64,000 nucleotides of DNA from an uncultured Candidatus Peribacteria bacterium (GTDB lineage: Bacteria; Patescibacteriota; Gracilibacteria; RBG-16-42-10), in NCBI GenBank assembly GCA_964506115.1, contig CAZDKI010000004.1:13280-77279 (forward strand), read 5' to 3'. Shown here piece after piece: positions 55,600 to 64,000 of this stretch (within the stretch, counting starts at the first letter, position 1; each line of letters opens with the position of its first letter). A model generated the notes under the pieces. It was not told the origin of the DNA. It ran no database searches and saw only the letters and a program-made list of their open reading frames with translations. A program made the position numbers and the translations under genes.

Positions 55600-55862
55600 G
55601 GTCGCTTTAGGTAAATAGGAGCTATATCCTGGCGTAGATGTTGTATCCTTTTTAGTGCTAGATTGAGACTCGCAATTGTTGAGAAAGCTAAAAATGAAAT
55701 GAATGAGCTAGGGCTCAGAATCAAGTTGATTCCACCGTTGGTGTGGGGGACATGCTCTGGTTACTAGTCCTCGTCACTGAGATACTCTTGTCATTAGCGA
55801 CTTCTGTAGTTGGTTTTTATCCTTGGTCGATTTATACTGCTCCCGATTGAAGTGACATCTAT

Positions 55863-56225
55863 ATGAGAGTTCAACAGTTGATTATCGCGGTTCTTTTGAC
55901 TTTCGTTGGTACTTTGTTTTGTGGCACTTTGATGACCTTGCCCGGCGTCTATGCCAGTGGGCCTGTGCACTGTGAAACTAGTTCCAATCATGAGCATAGT
56001 CATGAGCCATGTCATGCTGACAGCTATGACCATCATCAGTTGGGATCTTATACCTTGCAGAAGAACAATCTGACTATTGGTAATAGTGGTGAGCTCGCGC
56101 GAGTCGTTCCTTATCAAGCTACAGATAGTATTGTTCCTTTACGACAATCGACCTATCAGCAAGCCGGCAGGTATGAGCTCGTGCGCTATCATACAAAACA
56201 TATTCGAGTGCGGAAGAAAGAATGA
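55863..56225 (+). CDS. secreted His/Cys-rich small protein (putative metal binding)
   Basis: Signal-like LIIAVLLTFVGTLFCGTLMTLPGVYA, then HCETSSNHEHSHEPCHADSYDHHQ. Confidence 0.4.
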   Translation: MRVQQLIIAVLLTFVGTLFCGTLMTLPGVYASGPVHCETSSNHEHSHEPCHADSYDHHQLGSYTLQKNNLTIGNSGELARVVPYQATDSIVPLRQSTYQQAGRYELVRYHTKHIRVRKKE

Positions 56226-56304
56226 GTGGTAGATAAAGTCCTCTCCCAGTGCTCTAGGTAGCAAACCCTAGTGCCAGTTTTTATTTACCTTACTTTACAT
56301 TTTT

Positions 56305-57249
56305 ATGAAAACGAAAGCTCTTATAACCAGCATGGCACTCATTGTAGTACTTTCTGGTTGTGCTTCAGATCAAAACCAGCCAATTGTAACCAACGACCAG
56401 GTGCCCCAGTATTGTTCTTCAATCGGTGAGCCGGTGACTACTCCAGTGATCCAAAGTCATCGCTCTTACTGTATGCAATCAAGCATAGCAGATACGATCT
56501 ATACTGCCCAAACACCTTTAGCGTATGCATTCTCAATTGTTGATGATCTGGGCAAGGTAGTGAAAGATTTTGCAATCACCCATACCAAACCAATGCATAT
56601 CATTGTGGTCAGAAAGGACCTCACTGGTTTTCAACATCTACATCCAGACTTCAATCAAAATACCGGTATCTTTACTTTGTCAGAGATTACTTTTCCAACT
56701 GAAGGTCAGTACCGTATTTTCGCTGACTTTGCTGCTAGTGGGGGACAAATAGACGCAATGGCAATGCCGATGACCACTACTATTTTCCAAGATGTTCAGG
56801 TAGGTAAAACATATGAGCCTCAACCAATTGGTACCCAAGAAAGAAGCAAGACAATTGCGGGCTATCAAGTACGTCTAGATACTGAGCCACTGATTGTCTC
56901 TGGCAAAGAAACAACACTGACATTTGATTTGAAGCAAAATGGCAAAGCTGTGACTGATCTTCAATCATACCTTGGTGCTCTTGGTCATACAGTGATTCTG
57001 CGTGAGGGTAGCCTCGACTTTATTCATGCTCATCCATTAGAGGCTGTGTCACAACCACAAACAGGTAAGGTGAATTTTATGGTAGATTTTCCAGAAGCTG
57101 GTACCTACAAAGTGTTCACTCAATTTCAGAAGGATGGAAAGGTGCTGACTACAGATTTTGTCATTACTGTGGGTGAAGGTAAAGAGAATCGCAGCACAAT
57201 GGATATGAATAATATGTCAGGAAAGGACCACTCAATGATGGGACACTAA
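56305..57249 (+). CDS. lipoprotein with two H-x-H-P repeat domains and Met/His-rich tail (putative metal binding)
   Basis: Lipobox VLSGC. Internal repeat MHIIVVRKDLTGFQHLHPDF / GHTVILREGSLDFIHAHPLE. C-terminal MDMNNMSGKDHSMMGH. Confidence 0.55.
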   Translation: MKTKALITSMALIVVLSGCASDQNQPIVTNDQVPQYCSSIGEPVTTPVIQSHRSYCMQSSIADTIYTAQTPLAYAFSIVDDLGKVVKDFAITHTKPMHIIVVRKDLTGFQHLHPDFNQNTGIFTLSEITFPTEGQYRIFADFAASGGQIDAMAMPMTTTIFQDVQVGKTYEPQPIGTQERSKTIAGYQVRLDTEPLIVSGKETTLTFDLKQNGKAVTDLQSYLGALGHTVILREGSLDFIHAHPLEAVSQPQTGKVNFMVDFPEAGTYKVFTQFQKDGKVLTTDFVITVGEGKENRSTMDMNNMSGKDHSMMGH

Positions 57250-57260
57250 TTGTCATTATT

Positions 57261-57296
57261 CACTGGCCTCGTGGCGTTACTGTTACGAGGTCAGTG
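57261..57296 (+). terminator. hairpin after the lipoprotein gene
   Basis: cactggcctcgt - ggcgttactgtt - acgaggtcagtg, a 12-bp stem with one G.T pair. Confidence 0.55.
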
Positions 57297-57522
57297 GTAA
57301 TAAACCTATAAGCTCTCCCCCTATAGCATCTATTGACTGCTAACATCATCCTTAGTGCTTTACTCATTTACTATGAGAGATTATCTAATGTTTAGCTTAG
57401 GTGGTGTTCTTTGAGGATTACCTCATCAATACATTTATTTCTAACACCATTCCACTTTACCGATCGCTGTCTTAAGAGCTCGATATGAAAATGGTATAGA
57501 AAGTTACTTTGTTTACATTCTT

Positions 57523-57648
57523 CTCCACGAGTCCTCGTACCAACGGGGCGAGTCTTATTGCTGATTTTTTAATCCTTAAACTGTTTTCACTTCGGCAGGG
57601 TACCTTTCGGGACTCGAAGAAATAAGGAAATTAGCAATAAGTAATAAT
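57523..57648 (+). repeat. cassette leader copy 2
   Basis: ctccacgagtcctcgtaccaacggggcgagtct (57523-55). The arms cttattgctgattttttaatcctta (57554-78) and gaagaaataaggaaattagcaataag (57616-41) follow. cttattgct/agcaataag and tcctta/taagga are complementary. Confidence 0.6.
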
Positions 57649-57752
57649 ATGACACCATTGGCTTAGTAAGGGTTTCAGCTTCTTTCACTATCTCAAGTTG
57701 AGACTGATTTCATTTTTTACCTGTTATGGTGATTGGTAATTAATGAACCTTT

Positions 57753-58115
57753 ATGTTTATTTTTGAAACGTTTCCTGTATATCAGAGAGCTGTTCAGTTT
57801 TATAAAGATTTCCTTTTTTTGATAAAAAGTAAAACAATCGAAAAGTATAATGCTGATCAGTTAAAAAGAGCACTTTTGAGTATTCTCTTAAATATTGCTG
57901 AGGGGAGTGGTAAATATAGTTATAAAGAAAAGAAAAACTTCTATTTAATTGCCAGAGGCTCAGCACATGAGAGTGCTGCGTTGATAAATGTGTTATTTCT
58001 GAGTGAAATTATAAGCTCTGAACAATCTAATGTATGGAAAGAACATCTTGTTGTCATTAGCAAAATGCTTAGTGGAATGATTAAGAGCCTTAGGAAGAAA
58101 AATGTGAATGATTAA
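57753..58115 (+). CDS. four-helix-bundle protein (23S rRNA intervening-sequence / Avd-like family), paralog of 54299
   Basis: MFIFETFPVYQ N-terminus identical to the first copy. SILLNIAEGSGKYSYKEKKNFYLIARGSAHES. Confidence 0.85.
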   Translation: MFIFETFPVYQRAVQFYKDFLFLIKSKTIEKYNADQLKRALLSILLNIAEGSGKYSYKEKKNFYLIARGSAHESAALINVLFLSEIISSEQSNVWKEHLVVISKMLSGMIKSLRKKNVND

Positions 58116-58181
58116 ATGACGGGAGATTCCATTTTCTGGGGTTTCTTCAGTCTAAGATATTGTCATCAGGTCCAATTAAAC

Positions 58182-58805
58182 TTACCTCTGACGTTTGTCT
58201 AATGATTGTGGAGAGAAACCCTTCATTACTTGTTGAGGAATATTTTGCATGCCAGCCACTAAATCCATTGTTATTATATCTAGAGCTCGAGCTGGATTAC
58301 CTCTTAGAAAGCGAGGTTGAGGCATAACTTCAGCTAAATGAGCAGTGCTGTCTCTTAAAAAATCAAAGTCACTTACTACGGCAGCTTGTGCTGGTGTGAG
58401 TGGTCTACCTAATCGGTGTCTAGCAACTAACTGCATATTGCTAAAAGGATTAAACATCATACTATTATGGTCAACTATAGATGCTCCTCCATAACCAACG
58501 CTTACACTATCGGCTACAGAATAGAACGTATGAGCAATTCGGTCAGCAATTCTTAAACGTATTAATCGTCTTTGTTCATCAGTTGGAGTTAAACCTTCTG
58601 CCAAAAGGACAGCTTCCAGTCTAGGGCGGATACTAATGGTCAATTCATGGCACAAATTAGCTCTATAAGCCCAACTATCTCTGGTACTAGAGCTCATCAA
58701 ATTAGGATTATAACAAGGATCATACTGGGTATCAGGAGTTGCTTCACACTCTCGCCCTGCAGATAGAGCGGTAAGTAAACTTATAATCGGCAGTAGCTTT
58801 TTCAT
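58182..58805 (-). CDS. hypothetical secreted protein
   Basis: Signal peptide MKKLLPIISLLTALSAG at the internal ATG; the ORF extends to 58853. No motif recognised. Confidence 0.5.
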   Translation of the reverse strand: MKKLLPIISLLTALSAGRECEATPDTQYDPCYNPNLMSSSTRDSWAYRANLCHELTISIRPRLEAVLLAEGLTPTDEQRRLIRLRIADRIAHTFYSVADSVSVGYGGASIVDHNSMMFNPFSNMQLVARHRLGRPLTPAQAAVVSDFDFLRDSTAHLAEVMPQPRFLRGNPARALDIITMDLVAGMQNIPQQVMKGFSPQSLDKRQR

Positions 58806-59007
58806 GAAACTATTAAAGTAAAACACTTTCACACTTAATGGCTTTTGTGTCAATGATTGCTGTTACATCACTATATTTGTAACTCGTTATCCATCTGCAT
58901 TTGCGTTCTACTAAGAATTAGATGAGACTTTTTGTTATTGGCTTTAAAAAGCTGCTTGGTTCAGATTCGTGCTATAGTACCATATACAATTTGGCTAATT
59001 TTGATTT

Positions 59008-60489
59008 ATGCAAAGCAAGAAAGTGCTAAAGATTCTTTTTGTTGGTTCTGAGGCAATACCTTTTGTGAAGATTGGGGGACTGGGAGAGTTTTTATACTCA
59101 TTACCACGTGCTCTCTGTGAGCTTGGTCATGATGCGCGTGTCATGATTCCTAAATACGCCACCATTGATACTGAGAAGATTATAATGACTCAAGTAATTG
59201 AATCTTTGTTGGTTCCTAATCCAGGGCATAAAGACATTATTTGTAATGTGAAGTCATATCAAAGTGGAATAGCCAATGATCCCATTAGTTATTTTTTGGA
59301 AAACCAAGAATATTATGAGAAACGAGGTAGTGTGTATGGTTATGATGACGATGCCGCTCGGTGGACATTATTAGCTCGAGGTACATTGGCTTTTGTGCAG
59401 CTTTATAAGGAGTGGCAGCCGGATATTATTGTTGCCAATGACTGGCAAGGAGGTTTGATTCCTAATTACATGAAGTGTGAGTATCAAGCTGATCCATTGA
59501 TTAGTAAGATCGCTTCAGTTTTTGTTATTCATAATCTCTATTTCCAAGGGATGTTTGATCACCATCATGGCACGACATTAGATTATGATGATGGTAAGTC
59601 CACTATTCCACCAATTGGAGATGCTCGGCTCGCTAAGATTAATTTCATGGCTAGAGGTATTCGCTATGCTGATGTAGTGAGTACAGTTTCTCCCAATTAC
59701 GCTCGTGAAATTACTACTCCTGAATATGGAGAGGGGCTAGATGGTTTATTACAAGAACATCGTTCCCATCTGTATGGAATTCTCAATGGTATTAGTTATG
59801 AGCGTTACAATCCCGAAACTAATCCGTATGTAGAGTTTAAATACACTAGTAAGACTTTAAGTGAAAGGAAAAAGAACAAAAAGATTTTACAACAAAAATT
59901 CAATTTGCCTGAAAGTAATGATGTATTTGTAGTGGCAATTGTTTCTCGACTTAGTGAACAAAAAGGTCTAGACCTCGTCTTAGCAATGATTGAACCTCTT
60001 TTAGAGAATTTTGATTTTCAATTTGTGGTAGTGGGTGCAGGTGATTCAAAATATCATGAGTTTTTTGAGAAATTAGATAAACAATATCCTCAAGTGGCGA
60101 CGCATCTTTCTTACGATGCTATTTTACCGCAGGTAATTTATGCCGGCGCTGATATGATTTTGATTCCCTCCCATTTTGAACCTTCAGGGCTGACCCAGAT
60201 GGAAGCTATGCGTTATGGCTTGGTGCCTTTAGTGCGCAAGACTGGTGGCTTAGCTGATAGTGTCGAAGATTACAATCCTCGTGAGCAAACTGGTACCGGT
60301 TTTGTGTTTGAAAAATATGATAAATATGCTTTTTTTAGCGCTTTTGTCCGAGCATTAGAAACATATCATTATCCTGTTATCTGGCAGGCTATTCAGGAAC
60401 GAGCAATGGCCACAAATTTTTCTTGGGAAAAGTCTGCCAAAGAATATGTAAAATTATTTGATCGTGCACTGAGCCAATTTAATCTTTAG
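59008..60489 (+). CDS. glgA: glycogen synthase (GT5)
   Basis: ILFVGSEAIPFVKIGGLGEF N-terminal motif and C-terminal PSHFEPSGLTQMEAMRYG. Confidence 0.85.
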   Translation: MQSKKVLKILFVGSEAIPFVKIGGLGEFLYSLPRALCELGHDARVMIPKYATIDTEKIIMTQVIESLLVPNPGHKDIICNVKSYQSGIANDPISYFLENQEYYEKRGSVYGYDDDAARWTLLARGTLAFVQLYKEWQPDIIVANDWQGGLIPNYMKCEYQADPLISKIASVFVIHNLYFQGMFDHHHGTTLDYDDGKSTIPPIGDARLAKINFMARGIRYADVVSTVSPNYAREITTPEYGEGLDGLLQEHRSHLYGILNGISYERYNPETNPYVEFKYTSKTLSERKKNKKILQQKFNLPESNDVFVVAIVSRLSEQKGLDLVLAMIEPLLENFDFQFVVVGAGDSKYHEFFEKLDKQYPQVATHLSYDAILPQVIYAGADMILIPSHFEPSGLTQMEAMRYGLVPLVRKTGGLADSVEDYNPREQTGTGFVFEKYDKYAFFSAFVRALETYHYPVIWQAIQERAMATNFSWEKSAKEYVKLFDRALSQFNL

Positions 60490-60490
60490 C

Positions 60491-61978
60491 ATGTCTCCAC
60501 AAATGTATTGGGCAAACTTTTTACATATGTATCAACCGGCGCAACAACAGCCGGATATTTTGGAAATGATCGTGTTACAAAGCTATCGACCGATGTTGGC
60601 AGGGCTCATTGCCCATCCTCAAGTAAGACTTACTATTAATGTTAATGGATCTTTGCTAGAGCTTTTTGATCGTCACGGTCACCATGATATTTTGGATATG
60701 CTGCGGGTACTAGGCGAATCTAAGCAAGTTGAGTTTACTGGTTCCGCTAAATATCACGCCTTGTTGCCATTTTTGAATGATCAAGAAGTCACTCGTCAAA
60801 TTGAGCTCAACAATGAATCTTTAGCGTTTTTTTTGGGAAAGCATAATATGCCACGAGGTTTCTTCCCAACTGAAATGGCTTATGATAAGAAGTTGCTTCC
60901 AATGATTACTTCTTTGGGTTTTGAGTGGATCATTATGGATGAAATTGCTTGTGGTGTTGAAGTTGGTAACGTAAACCATCAGACTATTTATGAGGTTGAG
61001 ACCACTAATCTAAAGGTATTCTTTCGTAACCGGCGATTGAGTAATGCCATAATGAGTGCTGCTATTCGTTCACAAGCTACTTTTACTGAGGCGGCAGCAG
61101 ATCATTTACAGCATGGAGATTATGTTGTTACTGCTATGGACTTTGAAACCTTTGGTCATCATCGACCTGGCTTGGAGCAATCAATTTTTGATGTATTTGC
61201 TACGACAGGAGTATCGCTGGTACAGATCTCTGATCTGACGAAACTCTATCCTGCTCGCCAGCTGGTTACACCTATCAGTGCTACTTGGGCTACCAGTAAA
61301 TTAGATATTACTAATGGTACCCAATTTCTTTCTTGGTCCGATCCTGAGAACCCGATTCACACTTTACAATGGACCCTTACAGATTTGGTGTTACAGGCAG
61401 TGTGTGATTCTGATCATACGTTTCCTCAGTACAAAGTAACTCGTACCAAAATGGACATTGCTCTGGCTTCTGATCATTTTTGGTGGGCTTCAGCTAAGCC
61501 TTGGTGGAGTTTGCCAATGATAGAGGATGGTGCTTTTAGGCTACTCTCAACTTTAGAGAGTATTGCCGGAGTGGATCCAAAATTGCTTGTGAAAGGTAAA
61601 GCTTTATATCAAGCGATTGTGGCTACTGCTTTTGATTGGCAGCGTAGTGGCAAAATTCATCAACTGATGTCGGAGCAGGGTGCATTAGTAAGAATTCCTT
61701 TTCAAGATAGAGATGACGAAAATATTTTTCCGGTGTTTGTGGAGATGATGGAGAAATTAGAAAAAGCAGCCACTCAGAGAAAGGAATATGAAAAGGCAAT
61801 TCTTTGGCGGGATGCTATTCATAAGTTGAAGCAAAAGCTAGATATTTATGATGCACTCAATGCCATTGAGTTGCTCAAAGTAGAGATTCCGCACCAAGAG
61901 TTAACTGCTGCAATTGAGAAGTATAAAGTTCGATACCATACCATTCGTGGGGGGCAGCCTGAGCAAAGGGGGGCTTAA
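60491..61978 (+). CDS. glycoside hydrolase family 57 protein (alpha-glucan branching/amylase-like)
   Basis: HMYQP start motif, SAKYHALLPF, and MDFETFGHH (GH57 catalytic Glu region). Starts 1 nt after the glgA stop. Confidence 0.75.
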   Translation: MSPQMYWANFLHMYQPAQQQPDILEMIVLQSYRPMLAGLIAHPQVRLTINVNGSLLELFDRHGHHDILDMLRVLGESKQVEFTGSAKYHALLPFLNDQEVTRQIELNNESLAFFLGKHNMPRGFFPTEMAYDKKLLPMITSLGFEWIIMDEIACGVEVGNVNHQTIYEVETTNLKVFFRNRRLSNAIMSAAIRSQATFTEAAADHLQHGDYVVTAMDFETFGHHRPGLEQSIFDVFATTGVSLVQISDLTKLYPARQLVTPISATWATSKLDITNGTQFLSWSDPENPIHTLQWTLTDLVLQAVCDSDHTFPQYKVTRTKMDIALASDHFWWASAKPWWSLPMIEDGAFRLLSTLESIAGVDPKLLVKGKALYQAIVATAFDWQRSGKIHQLMSEQGALVRIPFQDRDDENIFPVFVEMMEKLEKAATQRKEYEKAILWRDAIHKLKQKLDIYDALNAIELLKVEIPHQELTAAIEKYKVRYHTIRGGQPEQRGA

Positions 61979-62205
61979 ATTTGTGTGCTTTTATCATAAA
62001 CCTCTTCTTGTTTCGAGATCTTAAGGTACAACTACAATTATAGAAATAACTAGGATTAACAACTTTTTGCATTCTTGCTAGTGTCGCATCTGTATTCTGG
62101 GAGTATTTACTGGTGGTTAATAATTAAGCAATAATAGGGACAATGTAGTAAGGCTTTATTGACCTTTATTTTCTTTTGTGTTTTGATATTGGCTAAGCTA
62201 AAAAT

Positions 62206-62922
62206 ATGCTTAAAGCTGCTGATGGTTCAAGCTCATCTGTTCTGTACGTAGGCATGCACACTATAGTGCGTGCTCCATTTGTTGATGAATTACATCAAAG
62301 TGTTATAGATATCTGTGCTTTAATGCGGGCAAAACATGGTGAAACACTTAAGGGGCAGGAAGCGGGCTATACCGTGCCTGAAAAAGATGATTCACAAAAA
62401 TTTTCTGATCCAGAGTTAGGTGAAGTCACTAGAATTGTTACCACCTGTTATGGTTATGGACCTGCTACTTTTGGAACATCTGAACAGTACTTGGTGAGTA
62501 TCACTTTAGCGCATAGGTTGAAAGAAGCTGCCGTAAGTATAAGGGCAATGTTGGGGTTCAATTTTTCATTGTTGAATAAGAAGGGGGTATTACATTGTGA
62601 ATTGATTCGTACTCAAGGCAATGATACAAGTACTCAGCATATTACTGACGATTTAAGTGTTGTAGATAGTGCCAGCCTAGCTCATGCATTAGTCCTCACT
62701 GGTAGGAATTTATTGGTTTGTAAACCGCATACTCTTCCAGGTGACTTTGATCCTTCAATTCTCATTGATGACTTGCAAGCCAGAGTACAACGAGTTCCTT
62801 TGAACTTGGAAACTTTATCTCTTGATCATTTACCTGTAGATACCGCTGCTGGTATGCCAGGAAGTGATAAAGCTTTTCATGCGCATCTTTTACGTTCAGT
62901 TGGGTATAGTGTGCAGCGTTAA
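62206..62922 (+). CDS. hypothetical protein
   Basis: 238-aa ORF with no motif. Composition resembles the 44745-53983 island genes. Confidence 0.5.
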   Translation: MLKAADGSSSSVLYVGMHTIVRAPFVDELHQSVIDICALMRAKHGETLKGQEAGYTVPEKDDSQKFSDPELGEVTRIVTTCYGYGPATFGTSEQYLVSITLAHRLKEAAVSIRAMLGFNFSLLNKKGVLHCELIRTQGNDTSTQHITDDLSVVDSASLAHALVLTGRNLLVCKPHTLPGDFDPSILIDDLQARVQRVPLNLETLSLDHLPVDTAAGMPGSDKAFHAHLLRSVGYSVQR

Positions 62923-62937
62923 TAACCTTTTAAATTT

Positions 62938-63759
62938 ATGAGTAGAAATAGTCTTGAGGGGTTAGATAAAGATATGCTTAGAGTTCTTTCCTCCCGAGTG
63001 GGAGTAGATGAATTAAGGCAACTCTTACAAGATCTTGAAAATGAAGAGAGATTACCTGTAAGAGATGATTTAGCTGATGTAGTTGATAGTAGAGGTATTA
63101 TGAAAGGTTTGGCTCGCCAGCAACGTGAAGCTTTGGGTGCTTGGGGAAAGTATGGAGTTGATACTAGAAGCGCGCCTTCTTTGGCTACTGTAAATAAATG
63201 GATCACACCTGAAAATCTAGTTGCAATTAATGAACTCGCGGATCCATTATTGGTTCATCTTCCACCACTCAATTGTTCCACTTTGTTGGATACGGTTAAT
63301 GCTAGATGTGGTTATAATGGCATGAGAAAAGATATAGATATTGATGAATCTGTTCGTACAAAACATTTTGTTGGTTCATGGGAGACCCCTAAAAAATGGG
63401 AAACGTTTTTTGTAGATGGTAGTAGTTTCGTTGTTAAAAATAAACGCTTGGAGACAATGTCTGAGTTTGAGTATGTGAAAAGTTTAGTAGCTGAGCTTAG
63501 AGCAAAAGGTCAATCCGCACTGAGTGGTGTTAGAAAGTTTCTGGCATTGGTTGTAAGAAGTAGTGTTATGGAAAGAAGGTTGGAAGCGAGTAAAGGTGGC
63601 TCTTCTGATCTTATTTTAAACGCAGAAATTGTTCTTAAGGATGGTGACCCGATTGATGTTGGTGGTTGGAATGCGGATGACCAATCTTATTGGTTAGTGC
63701 GTAATCTTAGATTGCCAGAAGATGTGCATGTCAGAGGAGCGGTGGATTTGTATGATTGA
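62938..63759 (+). CDS. hypothetical protein
   Basis: 273-aa ORF starting 15 nt after the previous gene. No motif recognised. Confidence 0.5.
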   Translation: MSRNSLEGLDKDMLRVLSSRVGVDELRQLLQDLENEERLPVRDDLADVVDSRGIMKGLARQQREALGAWGKYGVDTRSAPSLATVNKWITPENLVAINELADPLLVHLPPLNCSTLLDTVNARCGYNGMRKDIDIDESVRTKHFVGSWETPKKWETFFVDGSSFVVKNKRLETMSEFEYVKSLVAELRAKGQSALSGVRKFLALVVRSSVMERRLEASKGGSSDLILNAEIVLKDGDPIDVGGWNADDQSYWLVRNLRLPEDVHVRGAVDLYD

Positions 63760-63777
63760 ACTAACTTTATTTTTCTA

Positions 63778-64000
63778 TGAGGCAACCAAATAATGTGACT
63801 TTTTTTGCAGAAAGTAGGGAGGAAGGAGCTAAAGCTAATAAAAGAAGAGGACGTGGTTCCCGTGGTACTTTCTTTTTAGAGCAGGTAGCTACTGACGAAT
63901 GTTTAAAAGCCTTGAGATCAATTCGTGGTCGAGTGGCGATTGCTTTGAATGCTACAGAAGTACGTACTGATGGTGCTTTGATTGAATTCTTACAAACTTT
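63778..64000 (+). CDS. hypothetical protein (3' partial, runs off window end)
   Basis: An ATG at 63778 opens a frame with no stop to base 64000 (MRQPNNVTFFAESREEGAKANKRRGRGSRG...). It is not in the supplied ORF track because it is unterminated. Confidence 0.3.

Noticed and set aside
55482-56117. Minus-strand ORFs 55482-55724 and 55794-56117.
   Set aside because: They overlap plus-strand ORFs that have better features, namely the signal peptide and His-rich motif of 55863-56225. They have no motifs of their own.
54133-57522. Classical integrase-mediated genomic island at tRNA-Thr.
   Set aside because: No integrase or recombinase gene is present. The direct repeat shares only the last 5 nt with the tRNA and mostly comprises downstream leader sequence. 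I therefore report it as a duplicated cassette of unknown mechanism instead.
54299-58115. Diversity-generating retroelement, suggested by the Avd-like four-helix-bundle genes.
   Set aside because: There is no reverse transcriptase ORF in the window, and I could find no template/variable repeat pair with adenine-specific mismatches.

Overview
Low-GC bacterial chromosomal segment read with the standard code (TGA is used as a stop, e.g. the umuD/umuC ATGA overlap). Start codons are mostly preceded by A/T-rich sequence rather than GGAGG. The gene content suggests an uncultivated, reduced-genome lineage (CPR/Patescibacteria-like), which I cannot confirm from this window. I can support about 70 CDS and 5 tRNAs: Glu-UUC, Pro-GGG, Pro-CGG, Met-CAU and Thr-UGU. 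I see no rRNA, CRISPR array, integrase, transposase or phage structural gene. Recognisable genes: ABC transporters, three SLH-type envelope proteins, umuDC, two FAD oxidoreductases, short pyruvate kinase, rlmD, rlmI, mpg, HTH-murA fusion, RRM protein, rpmB, HerA-like ATPase, two Nudix, Cas4-like nuclease, holA-like, glgA plus GH57, EVE protein and two four-helix-bundle (23S IVS/Avd-like) genes. Three things stand out. (1) An ORFan island (44745-53983) lies between tRNA-Met and tRNA-Thr. It holds two paralogous Hanks-type kinase plus small-partner gene pairs, a possible third degenerate pair, a Nudix gene and an antisense EVE gene. This is my best candidate for an undescribed system. (2) Intergenic space carries structured repeats: 7-nt-periodic word arrays, a GGATCC...CAGGATGAATT module, and a roughly 110-180 nt composite element in at least four copies. 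At least three of the tRNAs are followed by word-rich repeat tracts, and heptad words overlap two stop codons. (3) A duplicated cassette (conserved hairpin, heptad hairpin, four-helix-bundle gene) begins inside the 3' end of tRNA-Thr and brackets a small putative metal-handling islet. All product calls come from motifs read by eye. Start codons are approximate, and no database search was possible.
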